A DNA stretch of 64,000 nt from Chrysomallon squamiferum (Eukaryota; Animalia; Mollusca). The notes under the pieces were generated by a model that saw only the letters and a list, made by a program, of their open reading frames with translations, ran no database searches and was not told the DNA's origin. The translations under genes and the position numbers were made by a program. Below are positions 53,723 through 64,000 of this stretch, one piece after another. Numbering within the stretch: position 1 is the first letter of the stretch; the number at the start of each line of letters is the position of its first letter. The stretch lies in contig CM022668.1 in NCBI GenBank assembly GCA_012295275.1, positions 4,216,001 through 4,280,000 of the forward strand, in the 5' to 3' direction.

Positions 53723-55018
53723 TATATGTAAATAAACCTTCATTACTATTATTATTGCTTTTATTACTATCTTGTTATTATTTGTTCTTAGAATTATTTT
53801 TAGTATCATTATTACTGTTATTGTTATTGTTACTGATGCTGTTATTTTAATTATTATTATAGTTTGTGTTGTTGTTGTGGTTGCTATTCTCTTTCAAAGT
53901 AAAATTTACCGATATCTTCATCAGTTCCTGGCCTGTCTAGCAATGCTTCATCATCTTTCTTCATTTGATCTTTGTGAAAATTTCTATTGTTGATTATTAA
54001 ACATATTCCTACAATAACACAGAAAAAAAAACCCAGTTTTAACGGAAATATGAAGCATAAATTTAAGAGACAGAGAGAGAGAAACAGACAGACAGAATGA
54101 GCGGGAGATACAGTGATATGAATGTGGTGAGTCCAGATTGTGTCTGTGTTTATGAATCACTCATCAAGATACAGTAGCTGGAGTAAGAGCAGGGAATCAT
54201 GACTTGTACACTGGGGAATTCAAATCTCTAGCAGTGCAGATTTGCGTAAACATCACCAAACAAATCTCAAGGACATAAAAAAAAATGTATTAGTGTATTT
54301 GTGTATTTGTGTATGACAGATATCGCTCACATACATTGTTTGTCCCATTCTAATACTATTATTAAAAGGCCTCTTTTTCCTAGTCACAAATCAGTAAAAT
54401 ATTTATTTCAAAATATACCTCGAACATTAGAATCCATTTTGTAGAAGCGAAGAGGACTACGGCCAATGCGATTCTCTGCAGATTTTTCAAGAACAAATAA
54501 GTGAAAAATTAAACATAATAATACGTAACAAAACTGAAGATAAGTTCTGCTATAAAATTAAAATAAATGCAGCTTAATCCGATTTCTTCATTGGTTTTGC
54601 GATGTCAGTTATTTGCTTATAATAAAGTATAATGATAAAATAACAAAGAGTAGAACTATGAAGATAAAATAAAATGATGCCCGTTATAATGATAATGATG
54701 ATGATACCACGTCTGAAGTCACATTTTTTCTTCAACCCATATGAGAAAGTACTAGAAATAAACATTTTCATAAAAATAAACATAGATGATCAAATTCAAG
54801 ACATAAATAAAAATCACACATGCACACACACAATGTAACTAGAGACATTAAATCATAAAAGCGTTAGTCACTGGTGAATGAAATTTTGTGATAAAATCTT
54901 GAGGGATAATAGTAATGACACTGAAATAACTTAAAACTTTACACTCTCTGAACTCTAGAATATTTGCCAACTGTTTTGTGTTTTCAGAGAGCTGATTTAC
55001 TTCAAACCAAAACATTAC

Positions 55019-55276
55019 CTTCCAAAATGTTTTCCAGTGCTGCTGCTATTTGTGTCATTTCACAGTTCCTCATGACCTTGGACAAATCTCTTATTATCTT
55101 TTTACTATCATGAGTGTTGTTTATCATTTGGAGCCTTAGTTTGATCACGTTAGTGTTTCTGTCGTGAGGTGAATGATAATACTCACTCAAATCTTGTGTT
55201 AAGTCAGGAGTATTCAAAATGGTTGGAAGGGAAAAGAACTCCTTGTCTGATATATGCAGAAAGATATCATGTATAG
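55019..55276 (-). CDS. 86-codon phase-1 exon, death-domain-like
   Basis: GCAG|CTATAC...GAAG|GTAATG, open. IHDIFLHISDK...IIRDLSKVMRNCEMTQIAAALE resembles helices 1, 5 and 6 of a death domain, but the usual Trp residues are missing. Confidence 0.5.
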
Positions 55277-57294
55277 CTGCATTAAACAATACAATGAAAT
55301 ACAAACAAAAAGTGAAATACATTTTGAATATATATTTATAAATTATTGATTTTATTAGTTTATTGATGATAAAAGTTTGCTAATAATATACTATTTGAAT
55401 AAAAGTAATTAGAATGATAATTATAAATGCTGACATTTTCCTTTTTTTGTGGTATTATTTTGTTTATTCAGAAATGTTTAAAAAATCTCGTCGGAACAAT
55501 TAACAAATAATAGAAAGTTGAAATCTTTGATAAAATTAGTTAAAATACGTAAATTACAGAAACATGATGTAATCTGATCATTTATAAGAATATTTCTACA
55601 TTAATTTATTTTCAAACTAAAGTTAGAACACATATTAAGTTATCACTTTTATTATTCTTGGGTCATTTAAGAAGGTTTCCGGGTGTTTTGGTTTCTTATT
55701 TACCTGGTTCTGAAGCAAGACTTTGTGTTGGCTGAGGAGTCTTTGGTACAACCCTCTCTGTTGTCCTACCAGGCTTTGTTGGCTCACTGGGATATTCTAC
55801 TTCAAAATTTTGATTTGGCATGTGTTCTTGTTGTTCACATTGATGAGCTTGTTCTGAAGAAGGAATTTGTGCTGGTTGAGGATTCTTTGGTACAACCATG
55901 TTCGTTGTCCTACCAGGCTGTCTGGAATATTCTCCTTGCACCCCTTGTATTGGAAGGTTTATTTGTTGTTCAAGTTTATTTCCACTCTTCATCAATGCTG
56001 ACTGATCTGCTGTAGACATTGTACTAAGACCCATCCACTGCTTGTAGTTCATTGTTTTTCCACCAAATCAGATCTTCCTATCTGCTTAAAAGAACCTTCC
56101 AAAATATCAATATTTTCAGGACTAATTTTTTTCATCTGATCAAGAAGGAAAACAAAATCTAGTACATTGTGAATCTTTTGTTGCTTTGCTCCAGGAATGT
56201 CTGCAGAACAAAACAACCTATCCAAGTCCTCTTTACCGATTTCATCAGAAAGATCAAGAAGCAGATTTCTGTATGGTGAAAAATGTGATCCATACATGAA
56301 CAGAAGTTTATCCAGTTCTTTCTCGTCAACCTATAATTTTTTCACAAGATCTAACCTCATAATACGTTTTAACATCTCGGCCAAAACCCACTTATTTGTT
56401 TCTTTCAGTTTGCCTGTTTCCTCAAGAAAGCTGAATAGTTCAGTTCCATTCTTTATATGTTCCAGTCGACTCAATGGAGCAAAGTCGCGACACAAGAATT
56501 TCAGAGAATCAATGTCCTTGCTGTTCAGGTTTCTGTTAACTTCAAGCATTACAGATCTGTAATGACTAAACTCCTCACTGATTTAATCTGTTAGTAAATC
56601 ATCAGTCATTTTGTTTGCTATTTATTAGACACAGCTCTTGTCTGGAAAAAGTTTAAATTAAGTCACACCAGTGAACAACTGATTTTTATATTTACTTTCA
56701 CTGACACACTGTGGCGTAAAGGTGTTTCTGCAAAATTATATAATCGGGTGATCAGTAAAATCTATATTATATGTTGTCACAGCTTTAGAATTTAGTATAG
56801 TTTTGTTTCCCAGACAGTGACTGGGGAAAATATTTGACAATATCATCATAAGAAAGAACTAAACAGACAGCAGTCATTAATTTTCCTTATAATTTACGTC
56901 CAACTATATACCAAACCTTGGTAGTTTGCTGACTAAATTAAATTTTGTTCATCAAATACTCGTCTATTTGTTGTTGTTGTTACAACAAAAAATCAAATAT
57001 TGTTTCCTGATGTGGTAAGTTACTTGTTAAAACAGTATCGAGTTACAAATTTTATTTTAAAATATTTGTTTGAAAAGTATCTACTAGTATAAGTCAAGTA
57101 TGTATGTTATTTATGAATAATCAAAAGTGAAAGCTATTGTTGTATCTGACTGACTTCTAAAACAATTAAACTTTTACGTTGAAATATTAAACGATTTCGT
57201 TTCGTTTTACGATACTTCTGTTCAGTGACTAACTGTTTAAAATCAAAACAACCTAAAGCTGTTACAATAACTGATTGTATTAGACTATCAAGCG

Positions 57295-57500
57295 TTTACC
57301 TACCATTCCACAGCCATAGCAAGCAAAAATATTTTGTCTTTGAATCAATTATATTTATAATTTTCATCAAGACAGCCCATTTCATGACACTGGAAGTCCA
57401 CCAAGGGTATTCCCCTTTCTCAAGGCCGGAGTCACACAAGGATATTCCCCTTTCTTAACGCGGGAGTCACACAAGGGTTTTCCCCTTTCTTAAGGCAGGA
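57295..57500 (-). promoter_or_regulatory. Putative promoter of caspase A: three kappaB-like sites in 35-bp tandem repeats, TATA box and short exon 1
   Basis: GGGTATTCCC 57405, GGATATTCCC 57440 and GGGTTTTCCC 57475. Minus-strand TATAAA at 57354-57359. Donor GTAGGTAAAC at 57294-57303. Confidence 0.6.
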
Positions 57501-57828
57501 GTCAAATCGGTTTCAACAATCCAACTGCACCGTAGCGTAACGAAAGTAATTGATGACGCATAACTCGTGATTGTACTGTTAGCTTAAATACAGATCATTA
57601 AAGAAAAAAAAAGTTCAACAAAGGTTACGAAAACAACAACATTTTTGTTGTACCTGATAGACATACATTTCTACTAATAATTATAGTTGGTAATTTATGT
57701 ATTGGGAGAGAGAGATAATAAATAAATAATAAAATCAACAACTTACTTCAGAGCCACTGTTCCTTTTCTTTACTTTTTTAAATTTAATTCTTTTATATAT
57801 TTTTTCTTGCTTCTTGTTGTTGTTGTTG

Positions 57829-57883
<55 letters not shown>

Positions 57884-58619
57884 AACTTTTCCGATTCTTC
57901 AAACAAGAGGTACGAAAGAAAGTAGATCTTGCGTAACACAAACTCCCTCCGAAGCCCTGTTATTTTATTTATATATTTTTTAATATTTATTATTTTTTTA
58001 TATATAATTCACTATTTATTTATTTATTTGTTTGTTTGTTTATTTGTAAGTATCTAAAGCCAATCTTTTTAACTACTGAAAATAAAACGAACGGGAAATA
58101 ACTCCAATCTCAATGTCCTGAAATTGCATTTAATCCGAAGTTTAAATTCAATTAACTATACATGACTGGAACAGCTAAAATAAATAAATCAAATGAAATC
58201 AAATGAAACAAAGATTTTAGCGATAGATAGAGAGATAGATAGATAGATAGATATACTGATACATATATATATAATGATATAATCTATAAATTAATCAATA
58301 TCAACCGCTCATTAAATAATAATAATAATAATAATACAACGCAATACTTATACAGCTGCTGGTACCACTACCCCTGCTAATATCTATTAAAACGACGATG
58401 ACGACTAATACTACCACTGATATTGCTATTGTTACTACCACTACAACTATATACTGCTACTACTGCCACTACCACTACTAATACTAATACTACTATAATA
58501 ATGTTTTTCTCGCTACTTATCTGTATGTCTGTCCGTGTGTATATGCATGACTTGCAGAAATAAAGAAAAGTGTGTATAATCATCATCATTATCATCATAT
58601 CATTATATTTATAATTATC

Positions 58620-58664
<45 letters not shown>

Positions 58665-61600
58665 ATCATCATCATCATCATCATCGTCTAATGTTTAACC
58701 TCCTCTTGAAAAAAAACCCAGTTCAAATTTCAATATTTTCTTTAAAGAAGAAGAAGAAGAAGAAGCACAAAAGATATAAAACCAAATCGACGTTTAAACC
58801 TCGTTTGACAGTTCAGGAAAATCTTTCTAAAACTGTTTACGTGTTTTTATGAACATCTCTCTCCAGTTTCTTTAATAGTTTTCAGCATTTTGGAGCAAAA
58901 CATATTTTTATCGAACAACGACCTCCGAGGAACAAGTTAAAATAAATTTTAATACCTCAGATATTTTTGTTTGCTTTTTCTTCTTTCCTTTGACAACATA
59001 GACAACATTTCACAGCGTGTTGTTCCGCTATTTTTTCTTCTATTTTTAAATACTTATAGTGATTATTATCATTTATTGTTTACTTTCTTTTTTTGTTATT
59101 TAATTTGTATTTTGTTCCGAGCAACTGCACAAGCAAAAAATAAAAATTTAGAACATTTTAAAGATGTAATAAATAATAAAATGTTGTGTTTACAAAATGC
59201 AAATGCTGAAATTTTCAAAATCATAATTATAAAATCTGAATTCTAACCAAACTGACCTCTCAGCACAGCAAAGTTAACTCCGACTCCAAAAGGGAGGTAA
59301 CCCAACTGTGATAAACACAACATTTTAAAATAAAGGCAGCCGAATCATGTAGATACAGGACTAAAATGTCCGATCTGTCAGTGAATTTGTCTGTATTTTT
59401 TAAAGAGATACCACAATATCTTCGGCAAGCCGTCACCAGGGTTTCAGTACTTCAGTGAAGGTTACATTCACGATATTAACATGTTTTGGAATGATGCGGC
59501 ACCATTTTTACCTAACCTAGTTGAACAAATAAGAGAATTTTATTTCTTTTCTTTTCTTTTCTTGGGCTGCGACTGTATTTAAAACCAAAACCAAAAAAAA
59601 CACAGCAATGATAACAAAAATACTGAGTTAACAACAATGTGGGTGATTTTTATATATTTCCATGAGAAAATACCTGTCACTAACTAAGAAAGGGAAAATG
59701 TTAATTCTGCTTCCTTGTACAAAAAGAATCTAAAATTATACATTTTTTTAATTCTTATAGTCAGTTTTTTTTACTAATTACAAAATTAGTCGAAAGAAAA
59801 ATTACATTCTGATCAAATTTTATTAAGAATTTATTAACTTAAGCAAATCGTCACCAATAAACTGATTGTTTTGTTTTTTAGATACTGTGTACACGTTATC
59901 AAAGGAAACACTATTAAAGAAACACTTTAAGAGAGAAACAGTTGCTGTTTAAGTTGTGTGTTGTCAATGAGTTTTGTCATGTGAAATACATCAGAAGTAA
60001 AATAATTTCTGCTTATGCAAACTTATAGCTGAACATTACAGTCCAGATTCTGCCTTTGTTACTTTTCTCTGATTTTTTATTATTTTTATATAAGATGTTT
60101 TCTGTTTTTCTTAGTCTTTATTCTTGTATGAATGTTTATCCATGCTGAAATAATTATATTAGGTCTTTGACAAAAGTAGTTACTGTTTTCATTGTGACTG
60201 GGTTTTTTATTTTCTTTCTTTCTTTCTTTTTCTTTTTTTATAATTTGGTTATATTAATTTTTTAGATTTGTTTTGATTTCTTTAAAGGTAAGCGAACAGG
60301 TAAAATAATAATGTTTGTTCATTTAATCTAGTTTTAATTTTTTTTTAAACTGTGTTATTTATGGTGATCATATACAAAATAATAAATATAAAATAACAAT
60401 GTCACTTCCCTATACATTAATCATTTTCAACAAGTGTACTTTGCTTATTTCAATGAGATATTTATTGTAAATATATACATAACGGATATAATAACTAAGT
60501 GATATATTTTTCTCATTCAGTAATTGAATTAATACATCTCCAGCCTTATAGGTCACTTGAACAGTTTTAACTATTCTTTTAAATGGCAGAACATTTTAAA
60601 AACTTAAAATTTACATGCATGAAAACAATGACAGACATGTTAATACTGTATGAATTATTCAAAAGTTTTGATTTCTTATTTCTCTTTTTCTTTTTGTATT
60701 ATTTCTTTTTTCTTTTTTACTTCTTACATTTTTATTCCAATAAAGAAGTGGTAACAGTTATTTTAATTAAATTTTAACAGCTGTTTTATTCATAAATTTA
60801 TTTTACAAAAAAAAAAAAACAACAAAAAAACAACATTAAATACTTTATTAATTCTGTTAACTTTCATTGATAATTTTAGTACTGTTTGTTGCATGAAATT
60901 AAATAATTCTATTTTTTCCTGTATGAAGTCAGAAAAAAAAAAAAAAAAATTTATGTCAGAAAAAAATATATACTTTATGTCAGAAAAATATATGTAAATT
61001 GTTTTTATTGTACAGTGAACTGTATGTAAAGTGACATCTCGTTATGCACTTGGAATGAATTTAATATCAAAAGGGCAAATTTATATTACTAATAAAATGG
61101 ATTGAGGTGTTCCTGTGGCCTTCCCTATAAAGTAATAGATTTCAGGATTTTATAAATTTCATTCTGGCTTTGGAAAAGACACCAATTTTACACAACTACT
61201 CGTTCTGGAGATCGATCATCGCTGTTACACATCTCTTTACTACGACTGTGGTTAGACTTCCGCACGCGTTGAATAACACAAACGATTCTTTGTTGTCTAA
61301 CTACCTGTTTGTTTAATGGCCGACAAATGATGATGCACGCATGCTCGTTAGTCATTGGTCAGTACCAGCTGTCAATCATGTATGGCAGAGGGGTCAGGTA
61401 TGTTATCAGTTTGTTTCAGTTAACTACAGTTACTAAACAATTCTCGTAAAGACCTGTTTAATTTACTTTACTGCATTATGTTAATTAAGATAAAAAATAT
61501 CTATTAATTTATATATGTATTGGTGTATGTTTTGGTTTCCTCGTTTTCCTGGGGTTTTGTGTGTGTGTGTGTGTTGTTGGGGTTTTTATAAATGCGCCTA

Positions 61601-62292
61601 AAGCATGTCATTCAAATAACAATAAAATACATTTACTGAACGAACACCAGAGAAGAGAAAAAAATACTAATAATAAAGAAGAAGAAAAATTATGTAAATG
61701 AGCAAATTTGAAAAGCATTCCAGAAAAAACCCCAGACAAATGCTTTCATTTTAGCTTTGGATTTTATCTCTTCACACCTCAGAAATGTATTCATTTTCTA
61801 ACTTTTAAAAAATCAAGAAAAAAAAAAAAACCCTAACCGTAAGCAAGAAATTAATAAAGCAATTTAAACAGTAAAACATCCTTATGCACAGTTCGTTGTT
61901 AGAAAATGACTCAACATCTTTTTATTATATTTTATTTATTTACTTTTAGATATAAAAAATATATTTATATTATTTTCTTGTAAATGTGTATTATCTATAA
62001 GTGTATTTATTATATTTATAATTTTCATCAAGACAGTCCATTGCATGACACTGGCAGTATCAGAGGGTTTTCCCCTTTCTTAAGTCGGAGGTCAAACCGG
62101 TTTGCAACAATCCAACAGCACCGTAGCGTAACGAAAGTAATTCATGGCGAATAACTCGTAATTGTACTGTTAGCTTGAATACAGATCATTAACAACCAAA
62201 AAAAGTTCAACAAAGGTTACGAAAACAACAACATTTTTATTGCACCTGATATACATACATTACTACTAATAATTATAGTTGGTAATTTATGT

Positions 62293-62393
<101 letters not shown>

Positions 62394-62491
62394 ATAATAA
62401 ATAAATAATAAAATCAACAACTTACTTCAGAGCCACTGTTTCTTTTTCTTTACTTTTTTAAATTTAATTATTTTATAGATTTTTTTCTTGC

Positions 62492-62523
<32 letters not shown>

Positions 62524-62904
62524 CTTGTTGTTATTATATTATTATTATTATTATTAAAACTTTTCCGATTCTTCAAACAAGAGGTACGAAAATAAGTAGA
62601 TCTTGCATAACACAAACTCCCTCCGAAGCCCTGTTATTTTATTTATATACTTTTTTAATTTTTATTATTTTTATATATATAATTCAGTATTTCTTTATTT
62701 ATTTGTTTGTTTGTTTGTTTGTTTATCTGTAAGTATCTAAAGCCAATCTTTTTAACTACTGAGAATAAAACGAACGGGAAATAACTCCAATCTAAATGTC
62801 CTGAAATTACAATTAATCCGAAGTTTAAATGCAATTAATGATACGTGATTGGAATAGCTAAAATAAATAAATCAAATGAAATCAAATGAAACAGAGATTT
62901 TAGC

Positions 62905-62936
<32 letters not shown>

Positions 62937-62989
62937 TAATGATACATATATATATAATCTACAAATTAATTAATATCAACCGCTCATTA

Positions 62990-63021
<32 letters not shown>

Positions 63022-63491
63022 AACGCAATACTTATACAGCTGCTGGTACCACTACCCCTACTAATATCTATCAAAACGACTATGACGACTAATACTACCA
63101 CTGTTACTGCTATTGTTATTACCACTACAACTGTATACTGCTACTACTGCCACTACCACTACTAATACTAATACTACTATAATACTAATACTGCTCCTAC
63201 TCTAGACTTTTAACATTAGATAATTACTTATATTGCTACTGTTTCTACTTCTATAATTACTTCTGCTACTGTAATTACTATTACTGCTACTACTACCAAT
63301 ACTAGTACTACTAATACTACTACTATACTACATCTACTACTACTAACACACCTTTCTCTTCCTATCTGTTTTTCTCGCTACTTATCTGTATGTCTGTCCG
63401 TGTGTATATGCATGACTTGCAGAAATAAAGAAAAGTGTATATATCATTATCATTATCATCATATCATTATATTTATAATTATCGTTATTAA

Positions 63492-63537
<46 letters not shown>

Positions 63538-63899
63538 ATCATTATCACATTATCATCATCATCATCATCGTCTAATGTTTAACCTCCTCATAGAACAAAT
63601 AAAACCACTGAAGAAAAAAAACCCTTTTCCAATCTCAATATTTTCTTTAAAGAAGAAGAAGGAGAAGAAGCACAAAACATGTAAAACCAAATCAGCGTTT
63701 AAACCTCGTTTGACAGTTCAGGAAAATCTTTCTAAAACTGTTTACGTGTTTTTATGAACATCTCTCTCCAGTTTCTTTAATAGTTTTCCGTATTTTGGAG
63801 CAAAACATATTTTTATCGAACAACGACCTCCGAGGAACAAGTTTAAATAAATTTTAATACCTCAGATATTTTTATTTGCTTTTTCTTCTTTCCTTTGAC

Positions 63900-63976
63900 A
63901 ACAAAGAGAACATTTCACAGCGTGTTGTTCCGCCATTAATGTTGCTACGAAGATATTTACAAAACGATATATGCAG
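63900..63976 (+). other. Copy of the divergent gene's non-coding exon (donor 63977); the gene may continue beyond the window
   Basis: Same sequence as 18990-19056. Confidence 0.45.
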
Positions 63977-64000
63977 GTAATAATTTGAATATTAATCGCT

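Larger units (their letters stand above)
52387..56609 (-). pseudogene. casp8: Caspase-8-like copy A: disrupted tandem DEDs, linker, DD-like exon and intact catalytic exons; terminal exon not seen before the gap
   Basis: Exons 55704-56641 (ATG 56609; TAA 56583-85, TAG 56331-33, frameshift ~56050), 55019-55276, 54419-54475, 53910-54008, 53087-53386 and 52387-52696. The DEDs carry LKFL and RxDL (RLDL, RSDL). The catalytic motifs SHG and QACQG are present. Open from ATG 56052 onward. Confidence 0.85.

Noticed and set aside
52387-56609. Calling copy A cFLIP
   Set aside because: The catalytic His (SHG) and Cys (QACQG) are intact.

Overview
AT-rich, microsatellite-rich invertebrate animal DNA with spliceosomal introns and one 200-N gap (50184-50383). 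Most of the window is a minus-strand caspase-8-like gene cluster undergoing duplication and decay. (i) Copy A (52387-56641, promoter near 57.3-57.5 kb) reads DED-DED / Pro-Thr-Gln linker / death-domain-like exon / caspase domain (SHG, QACQG). Its two stops and one frameshift all fall in the DED region. (ii) Copy B (46881-50133) is a second caspase domain, open as a 248-aa prodomain-less ORF. (iii) Two derivatives (4.9-18.3 kb and 35.3-39.9 kb) lack the DEDs, the DD-like exon and the catalytic exons. In the first, the 174-nt linker exon is amplified into 14 intact phase-1 tandem exons. A kappaB/TATA/exon-1 module and the 5' exons of a divergent plus-strand signal-peptide gene are co-duplicated many times. 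Mobile-element relics: a Harbinger transposase, a NOF-FB/MULE-like element with a USP (C19) domain, a Gypsy gag-protease fragment and two RTE-like LINE fragments. Everything was read by eye; no database search was run, and expression is not shown.
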